From assembly GCA_024682255.1 (NCBI GenBank), contig GCA_024682255.1_4716.1: a stretch of 64,000 bases of DNA. The stretch is one strand, 5' to 3'. Both the position numbers and the translations under genes were made by a program. Below are positions 19,460 to 29,167 of this stretch, piece after piece. This stretch comes from a phage. Position 1 is the stretch's first letter. Every line of letters starts with the position of its first letter. The notes beneath the pieces were generated by a model, which did no database searches, was not told the origin of the DNA, and saw only the letters and a list, made by a program, of their open reading frames with translations.

Positions 19460-21613
19460 TTATAACGTTTCGAAGTCGGTTGCTTTGATAACCGCGTTGA
19501 AGTTAGCAAGGAATTCCTTAAGCAGTGCTTGGAAGACATCACGAAACGCTGTGTTCGTCTGCAAGCTGGTTAAATAATCGTTCTTAAGGTAATCGCTCAG
19601 CTTACCGATCTTCTGCATCTTCTCGCCGTCTTGGTTCTCTCCAGGTTCTTGGCTGTTGATGTTAACCCATTTGATCCCTTCGAGATCGCCATCGGCAAGG
19701 AAGTTAGCAGGTGTCTCATCGTCGTTCAGGATTTTAATTGTGTCGCTGGATTCAATGCCACCGTAAGCTTCCAGAAGCTGGTTGATGGTCAACTTATTGA
19801 CGTTGATTGAACCATTGACACCATCAATACCGATGCCTGCACCTGTGATGGATGTCGCCGAAAGATCGATCGGTCCGGTTAACTTACCACCGTTGATCGG
19901 TAACGCACCAACTTGCTCAGCGGTGTGTGTATGGTCGGCTAACGCCGCAAACGCCACGATAGACTTATACGTCGAATACGGCGTCATATACGCTGAATGG
20001 TTGGTGTTGTCAACCGCTTCGGTATCGGTAGCGACATTAAAGTTCTGCACGTTGCTGAGACCGACCTGCACCTTCGTTACTTCATGCGGGTTGCTCTTAT
20101 TGACAACGTGTGCTGCAAAACCGTCACCAGCTAAAGCAGTGATTGCCGCTTTTGTCGCAGCCGGTGTCATATAGCGGTTGGTTGCTTCACCCGTTTGCGC
20201 CTCTTCGTCGGAAGCAACAGGATAGTTCTCAACGCTCCCCAAACCGACCTGAGATTTTGTTACTTGGTGTGGGTTTTCGGTATTCGCGATGTGACTACTG
20301 AACCCTTGACCAGCCAGTTGCTCGATTGCGTAACGAACAAGTATTGGTGTCATGTACTTGTTGTTAACTTGACCATCGATAGCTTCTTGGGTGGTAGCAA
20401 CCCCGAAGTTTTGCACGCTCCCCAACCCAACCTGCGCTTTCGTAACGGCGTGAGGGTTATTGGTGTTACCGATGTGATCGGTAACCGTTGGCGTGATTAA
20501 TGCTGCGATAGCGGCTGCCGTGGTCGCAGGGGTCATGTATTTATCGTTAGCAACACCCGCACCAGCTTCTACGTTAGATGCTACACTGTAGTTCGATACA
20601 TTTCCCAACCCAACTTGAGCTTTGGTTACCCCATGAGGGTTATTGGTGTTACCGGTATGGGTTGTCAACGTAGCGTCGACATGATCGATACGCGTGCTTA
20701 AGCCATCGGTGATCGCTCTGATTGCGGCTCGTACACCCGCTGGAGTCGTGTACAGATTTGTGGCCGTACCGGTAATGGTTGCATTACTATCGGCTGTACC
20801 GTAGTTCTCAACGTTTCCGAGTCCCACCTGGGCTTTAGTTACCTTGTGTGGGTTGTTGCGGTTACTGATGTGTGCAGCGGCACTATCACCACTAAGGTTA
20901 GCGATCATCTTACGTGTCATCGCCAACGTCATGTACAGATTTTCACCGACAGTTTCCAGATCGCTCTCGGTCGCTGTTGTGAAGTTCTGCACATTCCCCA
21001 ACCCAACCTGCGCTTTCGTAACGCCATGGGGATTATCGCGACGATTCTCGTGCTGCAGCAATGCGGTCATTGCTTTATTGAACCCTTCTTCAAGCGGTTC
21101 TTTCAATGATTCGATTGCCGCCACCACATCGTCCCACGTCATTGTGTCGGTTTCGACATTATGTTGGTGGTTGATTGGCGGGAATACGGAAGGAACGTCG
21201 GCAACCTTTTCCCAGAACGTAACGCGAGGATCGTAAAGGTTGTTGGCTAAAACGTTAAGAATTTGTTGTTGATCAAGTGTAAACTCACCCCCCAGTGAAT
21301 AGTAGTTCAGTTGCAACTGTCCACTGAATGCGGTGTCCAACAGCATGATGGAACCGTATAATTCCAGGCCGGTCAGCGCAGCCATGGCACGGAAGGGGTG
21401 AGTGCATAAAAAGTCAACGCCTTCTTCCAGATACGCGTTTGTTTCAGGGTTGTAGATCTTTAACCCATTACGAAAATATGGCGCGTATTTAGGAACGAGA
21501 AAGTTAAATCCGGTCCCCGTGGAAGGACGGACAGTGACGAGTTCTTCTGGAACCCATGCGCCATCCAAATTCCCCTGCGGGTTATACGGAAGGCGTTTAA
21601 TTTCATCTGTCAT
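19460..21613 (-). CDS. tail fiber protein with six ~60-aa repeats and HTHT...GG...TG distal domain
   Basis: Six repeats of N-P-H-x-V-T-K-A/S-Q-V-G-L-G-N/S-V-x-N-F/Y; after the last repeat HTHTAEQVGALPINGGKLTG, a signature common in distal tail fiber domains; N-terminus related to 13734..15782. Confidence 0.8.
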   Translation of the reverse strand: MTDEIKRLPYNPQGNLDGAWVPEELVTVRPSTGTGFNFLVPKYAPYFRNGLKIYNPETNAYLEEGVDFLCTHPFRAMAALTGLELYGSIMLLDTAFSGQLQLNYYSLGGEFTLDQQQILNVLANNLYDPRVTFWEKVADVPSVFPPINHQHNVETDTMTWDDVVAAIESLKEPLEEGFNKAMTALLQHENRRDNPHGVTKAQVGLGNVQNFTTATESDLETVGENLYMTLAMTRKMIANLSGDSAAAHISNRNNPHKVTKAQVGLGNVENYGTADSNATITGTATNLYTTPAGVRAAIRAITDGLSTRIDHVDATLTTHTGNTNNPHGVTKAQVGLGNVSNYSVASNVEAGAGVANDKYMTPATTAAAIAALITPTVTDHIGNTNNPHAVTKAQVGLGSVQNFGVATTQEAIDGQVNNKYMTPILVRYAIEQLAGQGFSSHIANTENPHQVTKSQVGLGSVENYPVASDEEAQTGEATNRYMTPAATKAAITALAGDGFAAHVVNKSNPHEVTKVQVGLSNVQNFNVATDTEAVDNTNHSAYMTPYSTYKSIVAFAALADHTHTAEQVGALPINGGKLTGPIDLSATSITGAGIGIDGVNGSINVNKLTINQLLEAYGGIESSDTIKILNDDETPANFLADGDLEGIKWVNINSQEPGENQDGEKMQKIGKLSDYLKNDYLTSLQTNTAFRDVFQALLKEFLANFNAVIKATDFETL

Positions 21614-21644
21614 GATGCGCCCTTTACAAGTTGTTAGTAAGTAT

Positions 21645-21663
21645 GGGATACCCTGGGGTATCC
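21645..21663. promoter_or_regulatory. near-perfect palindrome GGATACCC-t-GGGGTATCC in divergent intergenic region
   Basis: 8-bp inverted repeat between divergent starts at 21613 (-) and 21718 (+). Confidence 0.4.
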
Positions 21664-21717
21664 TGTGTTAACAGCGGTAAAATATTACTGTAACTATAAA
21701 ATAAGGGGGCCTCTCCC

Positions 21718-22998
21718 ATGTATACATTGGTAAAAACTTACGGGTTACCCGTAGGTTCTGGCACGGCCTGGACAGCGCTTGAGGCGGGTGAAAGTGTCCT
21801 GAGTACGTTGTTCTCAACGTATCAAAAACTCAAGATCCAGGTCCATGAAAGCTACGCTGACCAGCAACAAGTTATTGATCTGTACACATTTCAATCCGAG
21901 CTTCAAAACAGCAGTGATACGCTCAATGCGTGGTTGAAAGCGAAATCGGATGCACATACCAACCTTCGAGGACAGCCTGGTGAGCTGTCGATTAAAACCC
22001 ACAAGCTTTATTGTCATGACGCTATTACGGTAGGCTTTCTCCCTAAAGTCGGTAATAGCGGTTATCATCCGAGCAATGCGATCCCTGAGTCGGAACGCAC
22101 TGATATCCTGTTGACGAAAGCGAATACGAATTACGAAAATATCGGCAAACACTGCTTGTTCACCGTAGGCGGTTATGTTCATCCTCACGTCTACGGTAAA
22201 GACGTTGGTGTCTATATCCTGGGTGGGTTCGAGACAGCACAGCGTAGCCAAGAAAACGATATCGGCATGATTGATTTTAGCCGTATCGGGAGTTTGGAAA
22301 TTCATGCTATCACAGAAGAGATGATTGCTGATTCCACGAAGCTCTTGCCGTATAAGGACGAGATGTACTTGCGGTTACCGCGCAAGGTCGCCGAAGATGA
22401 AACCGTTGCGCTGGTGTTCGGGGGATATTTACATCTTCTTGACGATTGTTACACGATCGTTAGCGACACGACAGCAAAAATAAACTGCATTAACATGTTT
22501 CTCTATGAAAGATACTTCCGTTCCCGCAAATACCTTGATCTAACATCTCTTGGTATTCTGTTGAACGAAGAAGACCCACAGTCCGACATTGTTGCCAATC
22601 GTTTATTGTCGGATAAAGCATTAAAAGCGTGGGTGACGCATCCTTGCAGTTTCTGGGTGTATATCAAAGCAACATCGATTCGGGTTACGCAAGAACCTTT
22701 ACCACGAAGTGGTGTACCAGGACAGTATTTCTTAGGTAAGAAACCGGAAGGATTGATTCGGGCCGATCTTGGTGAGTTACCGGCTTACGTGCAGACCTAT
22801 GAAAAACCGTTATGGGTACTTCACTCGCGCTGGGGACTTCGTAAGAACATGTTGTTTGAAAATACGTTGTACAAACATACCCGCGTTAAGCGGCTTAACG
22901 ATACGCCTTATCTTCACCAGGTCTGGTTGGAAACGCATGCGACGTTGCAGACAGTACACAAGCTCGAATTGATCGATTCCAGTCAGAAAAACAAATAA
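21718..22998 (+). CDS. hypothetical protein
   Basis: 426-aa ORF with AAGGGGG RBS; convergent with downstream minus genes; followed by conserved hairpin. Confidence 0.55.
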   Translation: MYTLVKTYGLPVGSGTAWTALEAGESVLSTLFSTYQKLKIQVHESYADQQQVIDLYTFQSELQNSSDTLNAWLKAKSDAHTNLRGQPGELSIKTHKLYCHDAITVGFLPKVGNSGYHPSNAIPESERTDILLTKANTNYENIGKHCLFTVGGYVHPHVYGKDVGVYILGGFETAQRSQENDIGMIDFSRIGSLEIHAITEEMIADSTKLLPYKDEMYLRLPRKVAEDETVALVFGGYLHLLDDCYTIVSDTTAKINCINMFLYERYFRSRKYLDLTSLGILLNEEDPQSDIVANRLLSDKALKAWVTHPCSFWVYIKATSIRVTQEPLPRSGVPGQYFLGKKPEGLIRADLGELPAYVQTYEKPLWVLHSRWGLRKNMLFENTLYKHTRVKRLNDTPYLHQVWLETHATLQTVHKLELIDSSQKNK

Positions 22999-23008
22999 CC
23001 AAACATAA

Positions 23009-23040
23009 CCCTCCTCCAACCCAACAGGGAAGGAGGAGGG
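23009..23040. terminator. conserved hairpin element (AACCC-N4-GGGAA core) between convergent genes
   Basis: CCCTCCTCCAACCCAACAGGGAAGGAGGAGGG flanked by AAACATAA upstream and AATATG downstream. Confidence 0.55.
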
Positions 23041-23049
23041 AATATGCTG

Positions 23050-23955
23050 TTATGCTACATATAGCGTTAGATAACCATCGATGAGCGTATTCATCACACT
23101 GAGTTGGAGTACGACAGCTTTACTAACATCTGTGCGTACACCGAACGGTAGTGTTTTGAATTGCTCTGGATCGGCTATTACTCTCGCATTCTGCAAGTTG
23201 AGTGGTCCAGGCATTGCTGACAGTACCCAGCGATCGTTGACCGTAAGACCGTCGATCTCTTCAGAGAGACCCAATTGCAGCATGTTCATTTCTGCAATTA
23301 GTGCCTCCGATTGCGTATCACCTGAGGTTAACGTATACCCATCGGTAAGTGATGCCAGAACACCAGCAGATACGAACCAGTTGTACGAAACAATAGCGCC
23401 AGGGAGTTTATCACTATCTCGATCGATGAGATAATTCAACCCAGCCAACATATTGTTGCGAATGAGGTTGTTGAGGTCATTATGTCCTGAGGTTAACTCA
23501 ATGAGTAATTGACCAACCCATACTTGGTTACCGGGTTTAGGTGTTATCACAACCTGTATCGGTGACTTGGACTTATCCAGATCCGCGTCGACAATCTCGG
23601 TTTTGTTGAGAAGGATACCGTACGTCGATGCTAAGACAGGTAGGATCTCAGAGACCTTGGTTAGCGCATCTAAGGTTTCGATCTCGATGGGCCAGTGGTG
23701 CTGTCCGCCAGACCAAGTACCTAGTTTACCAAGATCGATACGGTTATAATAGATGTCGACAGAGTTCACCAGCCCTGAACCCGGTTGGGGATGCACGGTT
23801 AACTTGCTGTTACGCTTGTACCCGGTGCTTTCAGAAGCCTCACCGATAACCAGTTTATCCAGCGTTACGCCTCGAGCATCGAAATCGCTATGCTTTCGAA
23901 TCAGCCGAAAGAGGATTTCTTTCGATTCTAACCCCAGGATTTCACTGTACTCCAT
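23050..23955 (-). CDS. putative structural protein, YYDR paralog family member
   Basis: 301 aa; IYYNRIDLG, ASTYGIL, NQVWVGQLLIEL. Confidence 0.55.
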   Translation of the reverse strand: MEYSEILGLESKEILFRLIRKHSDFDARGVTLDKLVIGEASESTGYKRNSKLTVHPQPGSGLVNSVDIYYNRIDLGKLGTWSGGQHHWPIEIETLDALTKVSEILPVLASTYGILLNKTEIVDADLDKSKSPIQVVITPKPGNQVWVGQLLIELTSGHNDLNNLIRNNMLAGLNYLIDRDSDKLPGAIVSYNWFVSAGVLASLTDGYTLTSGDTQSEALIAEMNMLQLGLSEEIDGLTVNDRWVLSAMPGPLNLQNARVIADPEQFKTLPFGVRTDVSKAVVLQLSVMNTLIDGYLTLYVA

Positions 23956-23970
23956 TTAACACCCCTTAGG

Positions 23971-24855
23971 TTACGGTAGGATTTCTGCGCCCGTCGGGCC
24001 TGCCTTACGAGCTTCCAACGCACCAAGGTCGTATTTCAGTGTCAGCGTATCGTTGGTAGTATAAAGGTTGTGGTAAGTCGAAATCAGATCGGTAACCTGC
24101 GCGCCGACGATTTCGTTCATGTCGAAGGTAGAACCTTGACCATCATCAGCACGAACGATTTTGTCACCAGCAGAGACCATCCCAATTTCAGAAATAACCG
24201 CGTACTCTTCACCACCTTCGGTGAGTTTAGCCACATTGAGATATTCGTTAATATCCCACGGCGTCCAAACCAAAGAGACTTTACAGCTATAGTCGTAGTA
24301 CTCCCCGGTCGCTACCAGAATTCCGGTTGTTGGAATATCTGGTCGGGTGGGGTTGAGGTTCGCGTCGGTTGGATGCCATTCGATGGTCTGAGCGACGCCG
24401 TCGACGTATTTGGTATAACGCATGGAGCGGACAACGTTATCGAAATCGATGCGACGACCGTAATAACAGATATACTTTTTACCGCTTTCCAGTGTCTCAA
24501 TACGACGTAACCCAAATCTAGCGCGTTCGTCCGTGGTCAAATCGTTACCAACTTCACGCATCACGAAAGGCTTGATTTTCCACGGTGATAGATCGCTTGC
24601 TTCGTGAGCGATCGGCATCGAGGAAGGGATACCGTTAGCGTTGCGGATGAATTCATGACCTTGGTTGCCGATACAGAAGTAACGTACAGCAGGATTACCC
24701 TCGGGGTAAACCTTTGATTGAATCTGAAGCTTTTCATTCAAGGTGCTGTGTTCTTCCCACGCATGAGGAAGACCGAGCGTAAGATTAGTTTGTACTTGAC
24801 CGCCGATAATCGTACGGACGATACGATCGGTAGCACGGATTTGTGTAGAAGCCAT
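23971..24855 (-). CDS. hypothetical protein (possible divergent member of the same family)
   Basis: 294 aa; CYYGRRIDF and SLVWTPW loosely resemble the family motifs. Confidence 0.5.
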   Translation of the reverse strand: MASTQIRATDRIVRTIIGGQVQTNLTLGLPHAWEEHSTLNEKLQIQSKVYPEGNPAVRYFCIGNQGHEFIRNANGIPSSMPIAHEASDLSPWKIKPFVMREVGNDLTTDERARFGLRRIETLESGKKYICYYGRRIDFDNVVRSMRYTKYVDGVAQTIEWHPTDANLNPTRPDIPTTGILVATGEYYDYSCKVSLVWTPWDINEYLNVAKLTEGGEEYAVISEIGMVSAGDKIVRADDGQGSTFDMNEIVGAQVTDLISTYHNLYTTNDTLTLKYDLGALEARKAGPTGAEILP

Positions 24856-24871
24856 GTCTTTTCCTATTTAA

Positions 24872-25723
24872 TCAGTTATATTGCATCAACAGGATACCGC
24901 CGTAGTTCGTGCAGTAATCTTGGCTAAGCGTAACGATAACAGCGTTAGCGAACGCTGGGTTAACAGGATAACCCTGTGCGATAAGTTCTGTTGTTTTACC
25001 GGTCGCGAGCACGGTGGCTCCGTAAAGGTTGTTTTCATCTTCACGGCCGTTATACACCCACGGGGTTGGCGCAACGTTGTTGAATAAGCTAACCAATGCG
25101 CTTAAGTTACCACCAACTTTTAACCCAGCAAGATCGGAACGGATCGCTGTACAGTCTATAGCGTAACTGTAGACCAGTGCTTGGATACGATTTGCGGTGT
25201 AGTACGGGAAATTGAGACCGGTCATCACCGTGGTCTTCATCATCCCCGCAATATCGTGGGCGCTATCGAGGAGATAGAACGTAACACTTCCTGTCCAAGC
25301 CAATCCGGTTGTTTTCAATTCTACGGTGTGAGGGAACGGATATTCATCACCTCGTACAATCGGAGAATCGACGCAGCTATCCTGATCGATAACGATACCG
25401 TACGTTGATTGGATCAGAGGGATAAGATCGTGCGTCGTTTTAACCCCGGCATCGATAGCAAGCTTCGGTTCCATTCCCAAGAAGAAGTCTTGAATAGGGA
25501 TACGATCGTACCACACGTAGCTGCTTTCACGGTATTGTGCTGGTGTTACTGTTGCCGAAGGCGATACTTTCGCGCGCGTGTTCCGTTTATACGCGTGGTT
25601 TCCGTTTTCAGCAACATCCGTGATATCAATTGCATCGAAGTTAAAGTCGAAGTCAGGATTGGCTGCCTGAATAAGTTCAGCGACCAGTACTTTAGGACTT
25701 TTGTTTAACAATTTCTGACTCAT
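24872..25723 (-). CDS. putative structural protein, YYDR paralog family member
   Basis: 283 aa; VWYDRIPI, QSTYGIV, GLAWTGSVTFYL, C-terminal YCTNYGG. Confidence 0.55.
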   Translation of the reverse strand: MSQKLLNKSPKVLVAELIQAANPDFDFNFDAIDITDVAENGNHAYKRNTRAKVSPSATVTPAQYRESSYVWYDRIPIQDFFLGMEPKLAIDAGVKTTHDLIPLIQSTYGIVIDQDSCVDSPIVRGDEYPFPHTVELKTTGLAWTGSVTFYLLDSAHDIAGMMKTTVMTGLNFPYYTANRIQALVYSYAIDCTAIRSDLAGLKVGGNLSALVSLFNNVAPTPWVYNGREDENNLYGATVLATGKTTELIAQGYPVNPAFANAVIVTLSQDYCTNYGGILLMQYN

Positions 25724-25733
25724 TGTTTATTCC

Positions 25734-26681
25734 TTAGCCTTGTTCTTCTGGAGAACGACCCTGGAGGCTTGCGGTATGTCCGTCGACATTGTAATAGAAA
25801 ATCAATGGACCGCCAACGGCAGTACAGTAGTTTTCATCCAGACTGATCTCGATACCGTATTGGTAACCTGCTCTTGCTGGAATACGTCCGCCTAACTCAC
25901 CGTTGAAAGCCACTTTAGCATTATACAGGTTATACGGTGCGGCGTTGTCGTCTAATACCCAACGATCGGTAGTCATTTCAGCCAGAAGATCGGCGACCAC
26001 CACATCGCTAATAACGGTACCTGTTACCAGCGAAGCCAGCAGTTCACCGTAATCAGAAGTATCACGACTGTAACTGTAGATCTCGCCGCTAGCGCGTACG
26101 CCTTGACCGAAGAACTTAAGACCATCCAGCTCTTTGATCGCGATAATATCATCAAGATTCGGTACACGCGACTTCATCAAGATACGAACGCTCCCCGTCC
26201 AAGCCAGGCAGCTAGATGAAACACGAAGCAATTGTCCGTTAACGGTATCCCAGCTAAGTTCGTCGTTGACGATTTCTTCCGCGGTAAGGCCAAGACCGAA
26301 ACGTTCTTTGATGATAGGCCAGATATCACGCATCTTGGTAGCGTCTGGCGCATCGATAAGAATAGGCGCTACGTTACGCAGATACGCACCGATGTTAATA
26401 CGATCGTAATACAGCGTCGTCGAACCTTCATAATCGTCTAACTCGGTAAGCTTAGCGGTTGCCGTTGCCGTAATCTGGGTGTCGCGCTCATAGGCGCTTT
26501 GGTTGGTGGTTGGTGTTCCTAAAACCAATAATTCAGGGGTTAGAACATGCTCTCCGTTCTGAGGTGGGTTATCGTGGTTGATAAGACCATACACGAGATC
26601 GGATGAGGGTAAAGAGACGTCGACCGGGTAAAGTTCGGTGTCGTCAATAATTGTTACCGTATCACTCACGGTGACCTCCAC
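25734..26681 (-). CDS. putative structural protein, YYDR paralog family member
   Basis: 315 aa; LYYDRINIG, KERFGLGL, CLAWTGSVRILM, C-terminal YCTAVGG. Confidence 0.55.
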   Translation of the reverse strand: MEVTVSDTVTIIDDTELYPVDVSLPSSDLVYGLINHDNPPQNGEHVLTPELLVLGTPTTNQSAYERDTQITATATAKLTELDDYEGSTTLYYDRINIGAYLRNVAPILIDAPDATKMRDIWPIIKERFGLGLTAEEIVNDELSWDTVNGQLLRVSSSCLAWTGSVRILMKSRVPNLDDIIAIKELDGLKFFGQGVRASGEIYSYSRDTSDYGELLASLVTGTVISDVVVADLLAEMTTDRWVLDDNAAPYNLYNAKVAFNGELGGRIPARAGYQYGIEISLDENYCTAVGGPLIFYYNVDGHTASLQGRSPEEQG

Positions 26682-26728
26682 GCCAGGAATTAATTAAAAA
26701 AGACTTTACGATTTGCTGCACTATCACG

Positions 26729-29140
26729 TTAAGCGTCCTCGATAGGCAAAGGTTTAACAATCAAACGATTGAGCGGATTCGATAGACGCATACTGACAGG
26801 CTTATACGCAACATGATTCGTCTCACTTAGAGCCACCGATCTGAAACGACCGTTCAACTGTTTGTAGATTGGTTCTATCCAAAGACCTCGAAGGTCGTGT
26901 TTGCGGAAACGTTGTTCGAACGGTTTGATCGGGTTTATAGTCAGCCCATGCAACGACTCCGACAGTAAACGCTCACGAAGGTCGCGCGGTGCCCGACCTG
27001 GGAATGGTGCAAGCCACAAACCATCAAGTGGGTTTTTACGGAAACGTAACGAGATAGGATCACTGATGACTTGTACCCAATATTGCGTACTGAATCGAAC
27101 GGTTTGAGTATTCTCGTAACCGCTACAATCACACCAGGTTGGTTTCGGAGGCGCTTCCAAACTTTCAACCGCCGATTCACGCCAGTTCGTCATCGGGTTG
27201 TTATCATGCACGAATTTGATAACTTCCGTAGCCTGGTTATCCGTATCATGAACGTTTGCCTGTGCCCAGTCTTCCCACAGTTCTTCACTACCGCTTACTA
27301 AACTCGAACCGAGACGAACGGCGATTTTGTTTAGTGGTTTGATTGGATCGCTGTTGATTGTCTGGATAAAATGGATGGTGTAACTGCTCAATGTCTTAAG
27401 CAGCTGCAACATTCCGTATTGAATATCCTTAAGACTGGTGACATCTTCCAAATCTTGGCCGGTGGCCTTTGTGAAGATATCGAGAGCCAGAATTCCCGCC
27501 TCTTCTTGACTGATTGCGTCAAGCTCCCAATCCATCGCTAAGAACCATTCCTTGTAAAGCTGCCCAATACCGAAGTCGACGCCAACATCCATGTAGAAGT
27601 TTTCAACGATTGCTTCAGCCATACCTCGAGCTTGATAATGCTCTTGGAGCTGGTACATGAACTGATGACGACGCCAACCCTGGTAAATCTCGGTAACGGC
27701 GGTCAGAAACTCTTCAGTACTGACGACAGCACGCAGCGTCACTTGCTTATCCAAACACCACCAGATCAGTTTATCGGGAATGATAGCCGGATCGGTAATG
27801 CTACGGAGATGGTCGAATGTCGGTAGCGTTAACACCCTGACGTGGTTAGCATGGATCTTAGGTACTTCAATCAGCGTCATACCCATCGAATAGTTCAGCA
27901 AGTACAAGAACAGCTTGTATGCATCTTTCATCGACATCGTCATGGTATCACCCGTCACCGGGTTGGTTGTCGTTAACCGTGACTGATACATGCCTATTGC
28001 GCTAAGATGAATCCATTCGTTCAGCAGGAAATCATACTTAGGATACAATTCACTGTCTGTAAGGTCTTCGGCTTCACTTTCCAACACCTTGGTCGTTAAG
28101 GTATTGTTGTCGTGCATTGACATCTTCTCTATCGTGCGGTTAAGCTCGGTATAATACTCCGCTTCGTTATCCCGCGCTAGAGGGAACTGTTGCTGCATCA
28201 CGGTAGTGACCTTACGTCTTACCGTGCCATTACCGACGATCTCTTGAAGGTTAAGCGGTTTACGCTCCATGTAAACTGCGGGTTTTAACGTCTGGGGTAT
28301 CTCGGAAGCGTCTTGTTTGATCGAGAACGCCCCGATTGGAATTCCACGATCGGTTAATACCTTTTGAATGAGCTTATCGTAGTTTTCCGTTCTGCCCATG
28401 TTTCTTTCAACGTAAGCGATGTTACGATAGAACCAGAGCATTTGGGATTCGGTCATGTACCGCTTGAATCGATCAAGGCCTTGATGGCTTGCCAGATAAC
28501 TCCAGATATGGAAGCTATGGGCATAATGGGTATGACAGTTTTCCCAACGAATACCTTTTATCATCTCAGGTATTTGTGTGAATAGGATGGCGTATAGCGC
28601 AGGCCAATGAAGCATATCGACGCTCTCATATGCCGGATGTTCCCAGCGTCTGAAGTAATCGTCGATTTCTTGCTGTAAACGCGGAATAAGATTGGCCTCG
28701 CGTGACTCAACCTCTTGTGTATCGTACCAGAGAATCTCATGATTGCGTGCCGCAATTGCTTTCTCGATATCGATGGGGTTAAGGATACCCAAGATCAACA
28801 TACGTTGTTCCGGGTACCGCGCAATTAAACGATTGAAATAATCTCCACCATACGCGTATTCCCTTGCTGTCATGCGATGCCGTAACATGTTTTCCTTGGT
28901 GAACTCGATCTCTTCGAGCGTATCCAGGGAATTTACGGTCATCATTGTCTGACAAGGATGATACTCGCCAGCGAGATTCATGTAGTATAACCACGTGCGT
29001 GGGTCGTCCCCGACGGCCATCTGGTAGACTTCGGAAACCTTGAGGTTTAACCGTTCTGCCGTGATGTCGCTTTTAATAATCAGGGTGTCCGTTAGACGCT
29101 GCACGCTTTCCGAATAAAGCTGATAGTCAGTGTTGGACAC
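26729..29140 (-). CDS. large hypothetical protein (virion-type); start uncertain
   Basis: ORF track 26729..29209 begins at a TTG; a GTG ~23 codons in is preceded by GGAGGA at 6 nt and is used here; first ATG is at ~29020; C-terminal region has repeated RFR/RFRK motifs. Confidence 0.5.
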   Translation of the reverse strand: MSNTDYQLYSESVQRLTDTLIIKSDITAERLNLKVSEVYQMAVGDDPRTWLYYMNLAGEYHPCQTMMTVNSLDTLEEIEFTKENMLRHRMTAREYAYGGDYFNRLIARYPEQRMLILGILNPIDIEKAIAARNHEILWYDTQEVESREANLIPRLQQEIDDYFRRWEHPAYESVDMLHWPALYAILFTQIPEMIKGIRWENCHTHYAHSFHIWSYLASHQGLDRFKRYMTESQMLWFYRNIAYVERNMGRTENYDKLIQKVLTDRGIPIGAFSIKQDASEIPQTLKPAVYMERKPLNLQEIVGNGTVRRKVTTVMQQQFPLARDNEAEYYTELNRTIEKMSMHDNNTLTTKVLESEAEDLTDSELYPKYDFLLNEWIHLSAIGMYQSRLTTTNPVTGDTMTMSMKDAYKLFLYLLNYSMGMTLIEVPKIHANHVRVLTLPTFDHLRSITDPAIIPDKLIWWCLDKQVTLRAVVSTEEFLTAVTEIYQGWRRHQFMYQLQEHYQARGMAEAIVENFYMDVGVDFGIGQLYKEWFLAMDWELDAISQEEAGILALDIFTKATGQDLEDVTSLKDIQYGMLQLLKTLSSYTIHFIQTINSDPIKPLNKIAVRLGSSLVSGSEELWEDWAQANVHDTDNQATEVIKFVHDNNPMTNWRESAVESLEAPPKPTWCDCSGYENTQTVRFSTQYWVQVISDPISLRFRKNPLDGLWLAPFPGRAPRDLRERLLSESLHGLTINPIKPFEQRFRKHDLRGLWIEPIYKQLNGRFRSVALSETNHVAYKPVSMRLSNPLNRLIVKPLPIEDA

Positions 29141-29167
29141 GATCGGTCCTCCAAGGAGCCAGTGTAA

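Noticed and set aside
13734-21613. Regularly spaced nucleotide repeats considered as a possible CRISPR array or tandem satellite
   Set aside because: The repeats are ~180-nt in-frame coding repeats of the tail-fiber NPHxVTKAQVGLGNV modules, not short direct repeats separated by unique spacers; no cas genes present.
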